A stretch of 34,375 nt of DNA from positions 1-34,375 of the forward strand of contig JAUCBJ010004311.1 of assembly GCA_032718475.1 (NCBI GenBank), read 5' to 3'. The notes below the pieces were generated by a model, which was not told where the DNA came from, ran no database searches, and saw only the letters and a list, made by a program, of their open reading frames with translations. The DNA is from Nemertoderma westbladi. Its lineage: Eukaryota > Animalia > Xenacoelomorpha. A program made the translations under genes and the position numbers. Of the stretch, positions 10,955 through 23,234 are shown piece by piece. How positions within the stretch are numbered: the first letter of the stretch is position 1; each line of letters starts with the position of its first letter.

Positions 10955-13910
10955 TCCAGATAATAACCTGATCAATCTTAATATTGACAAGGGTTACTAT
11001 TATTCTGAATCCATATTCAACAACGAATTTAGTAAACTTAAATAAAACTCTTTATCTATATTTAATCTTAACTGCAGAAGTTTGTCAACTAACCTATCTG
11101 TCACAACTGACCTTTTGCTCAATTTAAAATCTAAGTTTGATGTATTAACATTTTCAGAAACCGTTGCTAGTGACAATGACGATATAGGTCCCTTAAAAAT
11201 GAACTCTTTGGGTTACCAAGGCCCTTTCTTGGACAACAGATCCATTGGACGACTACACCGGGGAGGTACTGCGATATATATAACTGACTCACTCGATGTC
11301 ACTGAAAGGACAGACTTGAAAATGCAGGGCTTAGAAAATTCTTGGATTGAAATCTCCCATCCTAAATCTAAACCACTAATTATTAGTTCTATATACCGAC
11401 CAGACTCATTTAATACCGATTCATTCTTATCAATATTAGATTCTACATTAGCTAAACTATCGTATAATAAATATGACGTCATTCTTACTGGGGATTTCAA
11501 TATCGACTTATTAAAAAGCACAAATACCTCAAATCAATATATAAACATACTGAATTCCTACAGATACATTCAATTAATAAATCAACCTACTCGCGTCACA
11601 CCTTTTTCTAAATCTCTTATAGATCACCTTATTACAAATATCACTAGTTCGGTATCATCTGCAGGAGTGTTCGATATTAAAATAGGAGCCACTGATCACT
11701 ACGCGACATTTACTATCTTCCAAAATCCCTCTTGCTACTTTACCAAACCTAAACAAAAATTTATTTTTGACTACTCCAAATTTAATAAAGAGAAATTTAT
11801 GGAAGACATTAAATCGGTCCATCCTTGGGAGTATAAGTCAGCTCCACCAAGTGAGCAATGCGATTATTTCTACCAAGAATTCACAGATATTTGTTCTAAA
11901 CACGTCCCAAAAAAACCTATATCGCCAAGGAAAATCCCTCACAAACCATGGATGACTGCAAATTTATTAAAATGCACCATAAAAAAAATAATTTATACAG
12001 AAAATATACAATCATCCAACTGATACTAATCTAAAAAATTTCAAAAAATATAGAAATAAACTAACTTCAATTCTACACTCTGTCGAAAAATCCTACTATG
12101 CAAATAAATTTCAATTGAATGCAAGAAATCCCAGTAAGACATGGCTAATTATTAACACGGCTATAAATAGGACACCTAAACAATCTATCCATAAAAAACT
12201 TATTCTATGGACTGGAGACGCTACTGAATCTGTTACAGACCCCGCCCGCATCGCATCCATTCTCAATCACCACTTTGCTACTATTGGTCCTAAACTCGCC
12301 AATGATATTCCACACTCTACCAGATCCCCAACACGTCACATACACAATCTGCGACCCAACTCATTTTCCTTAGTAGAAACTTCCCCAGTAGAAGTCCATT
12401 ACAACATACTCCAACTAAACCCTAATTCAGCAACTAATGACGACTTTCCTACTAAACTCCTAATGATGGCCACTGAACCCCTCTCCGTTCACCTCAGCTC
12501 TCTGATCAACTTATCTATATCCCTGGGTTTTTTTCCCGACTCGCTAAAAAATGCCAAAGTAATTCCTTCTTTTAAAGGTGGAGACCCAGTAGATCCTAAC
12601 AACTATAGACCTATTTCCTTATTACCTGTTCTCTCTAAAATCTACGAGCAAATTATAAATTCTCAATTAGTATCATACCTGACTAAATTTTCTATACTTT
12701 CTCAATATCAATTTGGCTTCCGCCCTAATACCTCAACTAGTCATGCTCTACTGTCTGTAATTGAAAAAATACGCAACTCATTAGATGCTAAAAACTCAAC
12801 ATGTGCTGTCTATTTTGACCTTAAAAAGGCGTTTGATACTATTGACCATTCAATACTTATCTCCAAATTAGAATCCTATGGTATCAGAGGGATCCCTAAT
12901 CAACTTCTATCTAGTTTTTTGAATTCTAGAACGCAATATGTTTCTATAAACAACATTTCCTCATCCCTAGAACAGCTACTCTGTGGAGTCCCACAGGGAG
13001 GAGTCCTCTCTCCTATTCTCTTCCTCCTCTATATAAACGACCTCCCCAATTCCACTAAGTTACTCTATTTGCAGACGACACAACCCTACTTCACCTGAAT
13101 TCAGATACTAATAATCTAATCTCTGAGACTAATTCTGAGCTCGATAAAGTGGCCAACTGGCTTATAGACAACCGCCTATCTCTAAACTTAGCTAAAACAG
13201 ACTACACTATTTTCTCCAATATAATTGCAGATTCCACCCAAATTCCGAGAATTCAAATAAAATCTCATATTATCGAAAACACAACTTGTACAAAATTTCT
13301 TGGACTTTGGGTGGACAAGAAACTATCTTGGAAACCCCACATCCTACACATACTCAAAAAAATATCTAGAACATCCGGGCTATTTTACAAATTACGATAC
13401 ATTTTCCCTTTACATATCTTACGTCAGCTCTACTTTAGTCTCATCCACCCCTACATAACCTATGGACTTCTACTTTGGGGAAGTACTCACGCAACAACAC
13501 TCAAACCTATTAGGATTAAAGTCAATAAGATTCTAAGGTGCATAACATTTAGCCATTACCAAACTTCTTCTGTTCCACTGTACATAAAACTGCATATTCT
13601 ACCACTCGATCTTTTATTTAAACACCAGACTGCTCTATTTATGTATGACATTAATATTGGAATCAATTATCAACACCCTGACTTAGAACTGCCTTTCGCA
13701 AGAACTTCATCAATACACAATTACTTAACTCGATCCTCTACGAAAGGCAACTATAATATCCCGCTTGTTAGACTTGAAATAGCCAAACAATCCATTAATT
13801 TTCTGGGTCCCTCCATTTGGAACTCGGTACCCCCTGACATTCGTAAACATTCTAAATCAAAATACTCTTTTTCCAAATCCTATAAAAGGTTCTTACTTAA
13901 AAATGTTTAG
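10955..13910 (+). pseudogene. LINE ORF2 endonuclease-RT, with a stop near 11043 and frameshifts near 11990 and 13060
   Basis: TGDFNID, SLIDH, TDH, NYRPISLL, QFGFR, FDLKKAFDTIDH, GVPQGGVLSP, LFADD (shifted frame ~13066) and KFLGLWVD..LSW..HI. Confidence 0.93.
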
Positions 13911-14799
13911 TAACTTACCTATATCATGCTTTAAATACTGGTCACAAGAATGAGATCAAACTCACCCCCTCACCAATAATCTCAGCCCTCGATGTTCAAA
14001 CATTCTGACAGAGTGCTATCTGCTAATTAATTAATAAATTAATTAGTTAAGCTAACAATAAACAAAAATCTAATTCCATTAGAACACAAAAATATATCAT
14101 AATTTTGAGTACATATTAGTTCATATTACTACCTCCACTTACCATACTAACCCAGATTCATTATCATCACTCTCAAAAATATTCATCTAACCCTCATTCC
14201 TCATAAGATACAATGATTGGTGATGGGACTGGAGCAACATGATACAATTTTTGTAATATGATGGAAATAAATAAATTTGATTGATTGATTGATTCGCACA
14301 TGCCCTGCTATTGGTGATATATGTACCCATTGCAGTAAATCTGGTCACTAGATATAATCGATGCTGCCCATCCCACACCAATGATGCTAGGAACAATACA
14401 CACGGTTGACAATTTGGCCATGGGCATTACATTGGCTGTGGTGGATACATGGGCCATGGCACATATACTGGCAGCAATAGGGCAATTGTACAATACTGGC
14501 AGCAATAGGGCAATTGTACAATAGGGGCCGACCTACAACACCATATGACCCCTCCTAACACCAATATAAATAACGAAGGTCAATATCTATTCGAGGACCA
14601 GTATCCATCTAACAGTGACAATGCACCAAATCTATCTAGTTTTCGGGGGGACCCAACACTACTTATGTGATTGGCCCTAGTACCCAGTCATGATTCTACT
14701 GAAGCTCTGGCCCATATTGCTGCTGCGGATGGAACAGCACGACAGCTGGTTGAACTGCAGCCACTAGAACTCACTCAAGTGCTTGTGGCAAGTGCCGAT

Positions 14800-17306
14800 C
14801 ACCCATTACGGTTCAAGACAAATGTCTCAATTTTAGCTAATGGTGGAGCAAATCTTATGGCAGTGAGTCCTGATGTACCCAAGACCATGGGTTTTAAATG
14901 GCACCAAATGAGCAACACAACCAACCCACCCGACCCCCAGCCCCAAAATGTGCTGATGGGTCAAATAAAGGACTCAATCTCCTTGGTACATTCAGGGCAC
15001 AAGAATCATTTAAGGGCCTCAGTACCGTTGTAGATGCATATGTTGTGCATGGCCTGGCTAAGCCACTACTGTCTCGGACTGCATGCTTTGCCCTCACTAT
15101 TCTAGTCAGTGAACATATTAACGGGGGACTCTCATGATATAGTGATAATGCCGACAAATTCCATACACAAATTGGAAAATTCAATCAAGCTAACTGCCAT
15201 ATGATGACACCACCATTCACCAATTCGCACCAATGCAATAGTAGTACATAATGGTGCTCTACCGGTCGACCTCATAGAAGAATTTCCCAATGTATTGTCT
15301 GGAATTTGCTGCATAATGAAGTGTACACCAGTGGTGATTAGAATTCATACAGATGCAGTACTTGTTGCAGTGCCCCACACACATCAGATCCCTATTAACC
15401 TGGTTGAACCATTTAAGCACGAAATACAAGCACAAATTGATATGGGCATCATCGAGAAGGCTACAGATGATGCCAATCCTTCAGAATGTAGTCCTATGGT
15501 TGTAACAAAGAAGAAGGACCCTTCTGCATGCTGGGACACTGTAGATATGCACACTATAAATGATGCTACAATCCGTCCCACCTCCCCATCCATCATCCCC
15601 CTTCACCTCACCAGATTGTTACCATCCTGCATACGTCTGCAACATTCTTTACTGTAGTAGATGGGTTGAAAGGATTCCATTAGCTGGAGATCACAGAGGA
15701 AAGCAGGGGACTTACCACATTCTTGGCTCCATATGGCCGAATGTGGTATATCAGGATGCCTATGGTGTGGTGCATCTGATGTATACAACTCTCGCATGGA
15801 CACAGCATTAAAAGATGTTCCAAAATCTCGTCAAATTGTTGAGGACATTCTGATATTTACAGAAACGGAGGCAGAACACAAAGAGGCAGTGTGGCAGCTC
15901 CTCTATGCATGTGATGCCAATGACATTTCATTGAATATATACAAGATACAATATTGCCAGAAGACAGTCATTTTTGGGGGTTCCAAAATTTCCAAGGGCA
16001 AGTAAGAGATAGACCCTAAACTCGGGAGATAATCTGATATATCTGAGAGAGTTCCCTAAACCTCACAACCGCACCACACTGTGATCATTCCTTGGGCTTG
16101 CCCAACAGTTGGGAAATTTTACTAAGGAGATAACATGCCTAGTTGAAGAACTTCGCCCCCTTAACAAGAAAGAACAACATGGCTTGGGTATGGACTAGGG
16201 CTCATGAAATTTCATTTGTATCCACAATAAAGGCACTGACAAGTCCCTTATGCCTTGTTTACTATGACCCCAACCATGAGACTGAAATATATTGTAATGC
16301 ATCTAGATTACATGGCCTTGGATTCGTTTTGCATCAACGAGATAAGAATGCAGTATGGAAAACTGTTCAGTGTGCCATTCGTACATTGGCCCCACTATGA
16401 GGCCAAGTGGAGTGGCATGGCAGAAGGCCCTCTCAGTCACCTGGGCTGCATCTAAATGCTGATTCTTTTTGGATGGTATGAAGCATTTTACTGTGGTCAC
16501 TAACTCAAATCCTCTGGTACCCATTCTCAACCAGTGTTATCATGATCAATTCTCCAATGACCAACTTCTAAAAATGAAGATGGCCCAATCGCGCTACACC
16601 TTCACTGCACGATGGCAAGCAGGGGCCAAACACATAATGGCAAATGCCTTCTCCAGTGCAGAAATCAATGCACCCACTGATGAAGACTACAAGCTCACGC
16701 CTGAAGAAGAAGCTGACTGAGAATTTGTGGTAGCAACTATGTTCTCTTTGCTTTGTGGTGCATGTGATGCAGAGGACAAATGCTTCAGGCTTCATTACTT
16801 TAGGCACCGTGATCAAATCTCTGCAGTTGATGGACTCATTATGTTTGTATCCCGGATTATCATTCCATCTGGTATGCGTAAATCAGTCCTCACACAACTC
16901 CATGCTCCATGCTGCATAGACAAAACCTTGGCCCAAGCACGACAATCCGTGTGGTGGCCTGAAGTTATTAATGATGTCAAGTAGACAGTGTCCAGCTGTA
17001 CCACATGTGCCACATCTCTACCTTCTCACAGAGCTGAACCTCAACAGCACAACCAACCGGTTGCTGCCCGACAGAAGATAGATTTTGACACTTTCATTGT
17101 AGATGGTTGCCACTGCCTCATTATCGTTGATGAGTTCTCAGATGGCCTGCAGTCACCACATGTGGAGAAGATATGACTTCAATCAAAATTGTAAATGCAT
17201 TACGATCATTCTTTCTTACCCATGCTGTCCCAACTGTGTACCATCCAGACAACAGCACCAACCTGGTATCCCGTTAAGTTAAAACTTTCCTCAAGTGGTG
17301 GAGCGT
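14800..17306 (+). pseudogene. pol: Gypsy pol relic (protease, RT, RNase H, integrase)
   Basis: Protease ILANGGAN. RT GIIEK..SPMVV, VDM..IN and VEDILIF. RNase H YYDP..T.IYCNAS..GLG.VLHQ and FTVVT..NPLV. Integrase RIIIP..LH...ARQSVWWP...CTTC and IIVDEFS. Confidence 0.88.
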
Positions 17307-17509
17307 CCTGAGGTTTTTAAAAAAATACCTGAGTGTTTGAAGCTCATTTATCCCCTCATAGTAGACCTGTACAGAATGACAAGAGTCCCACAGGAAATGA
17401 AAACAAATAAGTTCCCAGTTCCCAAGAAAGGCAGCCTAACACTCTATCGTTCTTTTCGGGGAATCTCAATGATCTCGATTGCTGCAAAGCTACAATAGAA
17501 TTATATTAA

Positions 17510-19332
17510 CCCTTCTGTGTCCCTCAAAATAACATACACATTAGTCCCTTGGGGTCATATGTGACCCCATGTACGAAATGTATGTGTAAGAGCACAAACA
17601 CCAAACGCCAGAGTGAGTCATTTGTTCAGGCAAGAACCAGGACCATGATTTACACCGAATTACATGAAAATAGGACAACATGCCATCTATGTGTGTCCGT
17701 CTGTCTGTCCATTTGTAAATTTTGTAAACAACATAATAAAGATATATTATTGTTAGTAGTTATAATTAGTATAATTTTTAACATTTTTTTGGAAAAAGGA
17801 ATCAATAAGACTGTCTTTTTTATGAAAGATTTCGAGGGATACTAATGCATGTCTGTCTAGACATAGTATTGTCTGTCCGTCTGTCCCACTCAGTATTTGG
17901 TAAACAGCATAATAAATGAGCATTTCATATGTAAATAATTACAATCAGTATACAATTTCTGAAATTGTTTAGGAGACATAGACATTTACATGCAAAACTA
18001 ATATACTTAATTTACGAAATTATTGAGCAGTACAATCAATACAGATGGGAAATCCATGTTCACTACAAACAAAGTTAGTGCAAACTGAACAACATAAAAA
18101 TGTCTTTATGTCCTTAGAACGATCACACTTATAACATCGCCCTCTCTTCCCCTTCCTACACTCAGTGATTGAGATTAGCTTTGTTTGGTCATTCGAAGTA
18201 CTCTTGTGTTGTACTCCTTGTACTCTATCAACAATTTGTATGGCAAATGGGCAACGTGGACGGGTGGAACGCTGTCGAATCCAAATGGACACTAATTCCT
18301 GTCCTAGCTCTGTCAGATAAATTCGACGTCGGTGAAGTTGTGTTTTGTTCCATTCAGGAAAAATGTCCCTGTAAATAACACATGCGTTGTATGCTGCTAT
18401 ATCAATGATGTTCGAAAAAACTAGCGCACTCTGCCAACCAACCGACCTGCTGACTGGCTGACATCAAAATGCCTATTCAACACCGCAGTATTGGTACTGT
18501 GTTTACTTTCAGTACTTGTCATCTTGACAGTTGTTAGGGGTATACTGTGGTGAACCAATCACCAATAATGAATAACAAACTGTCAACATGAACATGAGAA
18601 GCACTGAAGTAAACACAATACAGCAGTACCTGTACTGCAGTACAGCCTGTAGACGGGTCAGAGCCTGCGCCGTTGACAGTGCGCCCGCCGTTGACAAAAA
18701 AAATTGACAACGGCGTAGGGCATTGAAGAGAGCGTGCCATTGACAGAATATTTGACAATCTGACAACGGGGGTCACTATTGACAGACCTCGCGCCGTTGA
18801 CAAAATATTTGACAACGGCCTGACGGCGCGGTTTTGCAGGTATCCCCTCAGTTTGTCATGATGTCCGCGAAGGTGGCCGTAATGGGCTTCCGTAGTATAC
18901 AATCCACAATCTGACAGTTCTGCAGTTTTTATAGGTCACTAGGACGGGTAAATCTTTTCGACCTACGCGTAGGTCGATAAATAATAATTTAGGTAATAAT
19001 GTATTAATTCAATAACAAGGGAAATAATGATTTAAAATTGCCACCACGTGAAGATCAATATATTTACCCAATAGTATGCAGGGCAAGTGTTTTAGGCATT
19101 ACAGTTATTGAATTTATGTATTGGGGTCGCATGTGACCCCAGGAACCTAAGAGGTTGTTAAGGGATGTTTCCCACCTAGATGGTGGGGGGTAAAAAATTT
19201 ATACGTTTTTTTGTTCACCATAACCAGGGTTATGCACTTCATGAAAACCAACCCAATTTACCTGCACACAAGAAAGCTGTGCTGCTGCAAAGTCGGGTTG
19301 GGGTCACACATGACCCCAGGGACACAGAAGGG
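17510..19332 (-). mobile_element. Internally deleted piggyBac transposon (1823 bp)
   Basis: TTAA TSD at 17506-17509 and 19333-19336. Perfect 15-bp TIR CCCTTCTGTGTCCCT. Subterminal palindromes GGGGTC-N6-GACCCC at 17551, 19123 and 19300. Confidence 0.95.
18020..18420 (-). pseudogene. piggyBac transposase C-terminal remnant with Cys-rich domain
   Basis: FSNIIDIAAYNA near 18380-18418, and RGRCYKC...KTFLCCSVCTNFVCSEH...CIDC before the stop at 18020. Confidence 0.85.
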
Positions 19333-19724
19333 TTAAAAAGCATCAGGAATCCCATGGAGAGACTGCTCCGTGGAAATCAGAATGGGTTCCGTAAAGGTCG
19401 TGGGACCATGGAGCCCATTTTGGCACTTAGAAGGATGATTGAAGAGTTATCGAAAAAGAAAGACAGGTATCTGGCTGTTATCTTTGTTGACTTCTTCAAG
19501 GCCTTTGATTCAGTCTCTCGCTCACTCACGTATGTTCAGCATACTCGCATTATATGGGATTCCTGATGAAATTATTGCAGCATTATTACAGCCGATTCAG
19601 ATTTATAATTCTAACTCGACAATAATTCCACAGCACTGCATTGTCTTCCACAGTACCACGTTTAAAGGGTTGCAGAAGTCCAATACAATAAATTGTTAAT
19701 AAATTTATTACAATTTAATATTAC

Positions 19725-19850
19725 CTTCACATGTGGAGTTTCCATTTCCTGAATATCCAGATATGCAACTGCAACTAAATCCACCTACATTATTGGTACA
19801 GTTAGCATTAGTGTGGCAGTTGTCCGTTTGTAGTGCACATTCATCCTCAT
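19725..19850 (-). CDS. Host exon C: calcium-binding EGF-like module (126 nt, phase 1-1)
   Basis: catttcatAG|(D)EDECALQTDNCHTNANCTNNVGGFSCSCISGYSGNGNSTCE|GTAATA. Six Cys and no stops. Missed by the ORF track. Confidence 0.92.
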
Positions 19851-20681
19851 CTATGAAATGATTAAAAAATTACGTTATGTTGTAATAAAAGTAAATAAAA
19901 TAGGCTAAATGCGGAAGACAAGAAATAAAAAAAGGTGCGTGGTTTAATTAACCTTTTTTTGGGAGATCCAGTTCTATCCAGTATCGTGTAGGTAGAGATA
20001 AAGTTATATTTGTGCTATATTGTATAAACAGTACTATACAGTAATTGAATTAAGTAGAGGCCTACCATGTATATATGTGAAGTTACGCGCCGATGTTATA
20101 TATATTTTGGCATAATAATTACAATAGTATCTGCTATTTAATAGCTTGGATTTGAATATCTGCTAAAGATCTTTGTATGCATGTATTTATAGACTATAAA
20201 TAAGTTGAAATACAGTACGAATTGTATATTAACCTGGATAAATATATACAGTATAAAGGAAGATGATATTAAACTATTAATAATTAATAAGTAGATAAGT
20301 GAAGTAAACCGATAGCGCAATTAAATATAATATACAGATGTTTCTGTTGTACAGTACATACAATGTAATACAAAACTATTATTAACACAATAATGAAAAT
20401 ACAGTTGTATGTTTTAACATACAGTATTAACAAAGGACTATAGAGGCAAGATATATAATGTATTGATTATAGCGGGTATATGAACCTGTATAAATAATCT
20501 CTAGATTAGGTAATAATTAATTAATACTTCTATATGTTAAAAAAATATACGTGCGCCACCAGCGAATCTATACAACGAAGTACAGTATGGAGTGGGGCGG
20601 GATTGTTTTCAAATGAGGTATTATTGTGTCTAATTCTACAGTATGTAATTTGGGCATAAGTAAATTGTCATTTAGAATTTG

Positions 20682-20683
20682 CA

Positions 20684-20717
<34 letters not shown>

Positions 20718-20958
20718 GGACGCAATAAAAATTCGTCCCTTTCTAGGGGAAATTCGACGCAAATAACAGCTGATTACTCTCAAAAATAAAACTGTAACCT
20801 GTTCTATTGTGTTTAGTTTATTGTTTTGGTTAAAATAACGTGACACTGTAACCTGCTCCTTTTCCTAAATGGAGAATATAACATTGAGGCGGAATATTAA
20901 TTTTCCAAGATGGGATTTGCGTCCAGTTTATCCCCCCCCCCCCCCCCCCCCCTGTCTC
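20682..20958. mobile_element. Small hAT-like MITE with homopolymer-expanded TIRs
   Basis: CAGA(G)n ACTGGACGCAA ... TTGCGTCCAGT TTAT(C)n TG. An 8-bp direct repeat AGAATTTG lies at 20674-20681 and 20959-20966. Confidence 0.55.
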
Positions 20959-21029
20959 AGAATTTGTTGTTGGAAAACTATGGAAATTGTCATAAGAGCC
21001 AAAAAACCTCCCACCTCTGGCATTTTTAA

Positions 21030-23011
21030 CCGTTTAACGCCTGCAAACGGGCGGTCCCAGTTGATGACAAGCGCGGCGGACGGGCACCGCCCGTCACTGT
21101 TCTATACTTTGCAATAGTGATTTGTTATGGCGCCTGATTTCAATGCAGTACATTCCCTTATTATAGCCGGCCGACATGCCATATCTAAGTGTATAATTAA
21201 CCTGTGACGCTGAATTTACTTCATTTCCATATACCATATAACAAAACATTTCCACATAGTTTTCCCTATTGACTGATTTCCTCGACCGACTATCAGATAG
21301 TAATAGATAGCGTAATATATTAATAAAGCATTCCATGCTCGAGTATTGGTCGCGGTGTTCGGACAGTTCCCCCCAGTACACTTCCCCCCAGACACTTCCC
21401 CCCCAGACACTTCCCCCCGGACACTTCCCCCCCGGACACTTCCCCCCCAGACACTTCCCCCCGGACACTTCCCCTCCGACTGTTCGTAACTTCGCACATT
21501 CGTATTTTGCATTTTGTGAGGTAAACTGACCGCTTGTATCCAAATAAGTTGTATCCAATTTTCCTTTCGTAGCTCAGAAAGTGATCTTTTGCATCCCGAT
21601 TTTACATTTTATATCCAAGTTTTATTTATGGGTTTTATCAATGCAATTACATCGTATTGTTTTCTAATCTTTAAACAATGAATTAGATGACCTATAAATT
21701 CCATCTCCCGAATACTGTTTTTATTAACTATAGAATGATAATAATTAATTGTTTTAATTATAGGTATTATTATGTAATAGTCTTCTTCAAATTGTAGCAG
21801 ATGGGGATGAATATTATTGTTTCAATCAAAATTATACCTCTCCAGGGTAAAATCGACATGCGTCGACCTGTATTCTGTGTTCAGCATTACATATTGATAT
21901 ACATATTACTACTATACATAGTATAGATATTATACGCACTACATATTAAATTTCCTGGTTACTTGCAATATTTTTAATAGGATTTTGTTGAATTATATAA
22001 TATTGTAGTAATCTATATATATAAATTTGGTTAACATTCAATACAGCTCCTACTTTAGGCTTAGTCAATTTATTATCTTATGATACAAACATGAATTGAT
22101 TATTTCAAAGCGGTCTCAAAGTCTTTCACCACGGGCACACAGGGAAGTGCCGGGGTTTGGGGGCGGCAGCCCCCAAGAAAAGAAGCGGGGGTTTGGGGGC
22201 GGCTGCCCCCAAGAAAATAAGCAGGGGTTTGGAGGCGGCAGCCCCCATCAAAAGAAGCGGGATTTTTTGGGGCGGCAGCCCCCAATTAAAAGAAAAACAA
22301 ACAAAATTTGACTATAAAAATGTTTCTTTTATAATTTTGAAAAAACTTGTCTAGATACAACTTGTCCTGACACAACTCCATCTTTAACTTTTGTTTATTG
22401 CTTTGATGCACCCAGATTAATTTTAACACTTTAACTGGGGGGGAAGTGTCCGGGGGTAAGTGTCCGGGGGGGGAAGTGTCTGGGGGGGAAGTGTCCTACT
22501 TGGGCGGGGGGGGGGGAAGGGGAAGTGTCCGGGGGGAACTGTCCGGGGGGAACTGTCCGGGGGGAAGTGTCCTAGATCCTTGGTCACATAATGTACATGG
22601 CTATAAGTGATTTTATATACAGTAGGGTAGTAACATTGGTACCGGTATAAAATAAATTAATTTTTGACTGCAAACGTTTAGGTATTGCATTATATGTTGT
22701 ACTCTGTATGCATTCCTCTCTAATTATACAAATTTATCTATTATATGTTTATTTTATATTGTAATACATGTTTTTAAAATATTTTTTATAAATTTTTTGA
22801 AATTTAAATTTTCAAAACTTTTGAATTTTTTTTTGATTTGAAAATATCGATAAAAATTTCAAAATATTTTGAAAAAAAAATTAAAAAAAAATGTTATTTT
22901 TTTTCAATTTCCGGGATTTTGAAAAATTAAAAAAGAAAAATTTCTATAGCCGGAAAATCCTATAGGAAAATTCTATAGGCAGGAAATTGTTATTAAGCCG
23001 TAGTTAAAGGG
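21030..23011. mobile_element. Probable non-autonomous piggyBac-like element
   Basis: TTAA|CCGTTTAAC ... GTTAAAGGG|TTAA: an 8/9 inverted match with TTAA on both sides. It contains the nested MULE-like MITE. Confidence 0.5.
21354..22579. mobile_element. MULE/Rehavkus-like foldback MITE
   Basis: Inverted arrays of ~15-bp GGACACTTCCCCCC (21361-21478) and GGGGGGAAGTGTCC (22437-22572). TSD TTGGTCGC (21346-21353) / TTGGTCAC (22580-22587). Internal ~40-bp GC-rich repeats at 22150-22285. Confidence 0.8.
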
Positions 23012-23145
23012 TTAAAAATATCTGCATCTTAGGTCAATGATAGCGCTTCTTTTGATATGGGGAGATCTATGAATAATTACATAGTTTTGTATAATTTATA
23101 ATTACAGCATGTATTGGCCTGTACATTTACTATTGTAATTGGTGT

Positions 23146-23234
23146 TATTGTTTACGTGGTAACCATGACGGCGTTAAGTAATGTCCCCCTAGTGGACATT
23201 ACTTAACGCCGTCATGGTTACCACGAAAACAATA
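23146..23234. repeat. 89-bp near-perfect palindrome (41-bp arms, 1 mismatch, 7-nt spacer)
   Basis: TATTGTTTACGTGGTAACCATGACGGCGTTAAGTAATGTCC-CCCTAGT-GGACATTACTTAACGCCGTCATGGTTACCACGAAAACAATA. Confidence 0.95.

Larger units (their letters stand above)
4496..14294 (+). mobile_element. Apparently 5'-complete CR1-group (Crack/L2-like) LINE, internally duplicated and interrupted
   Basis: Starts ATTGGCCATCTTG. Contains ORF1, a 400-bp spacer and ORF2 (PHD-like finger, AP endonuclease, RT). Ends AATAAATAAATTTGA(TTGA)n. Gypsy gag rejoins across it, with a possible ATT TSD or microhomology. Confidence 0.9.
2038..17306 (+). mobile_element. Decayed Gypsy/Ty3 (Mag-like) LTR retrotransposon in three pieces: 2038-2748, 4352-4495, 14295-17306. 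No 3' LTR seen.
   Basis: Domain order is gag-PR-RT-RNaseH-IN. Gag reads through once the inserts are removed (MEAAPK|TCSGIST; YCGH...|RTCPAIGDICTHCSKSGH zinc knuckle). Many stops and frameshifts. Confidence 0.9.
17307..19582 (+). mobile_element. RTE fragment (copy 2), equivalent to ~2831-3277 of copy 1 and split by a piggyBac (pieces 17307-17509 and 19337-19582)
   Basis: High nucleotide identity to copy 1 (PEVFK.PECLKLIYP; QNGFRKGRGTMEPILALRR). No tail. Confidence 0.92.

Noticed and set aside
18673-18814. TTGACA as bacterial -35 boxes or bacterial contamination
   Set aside because: There are no paired -10 boxes or bacterial genes, and the array is embedded in a eukaryotic transposon.
21094-22354. 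Gly/Pro/Cys-repeat ORFs (GGKCPGG, PPGHF, GFGGG)
   Set aside because: These are translations of MITE tandem repeats and are open in several frames on both strands.
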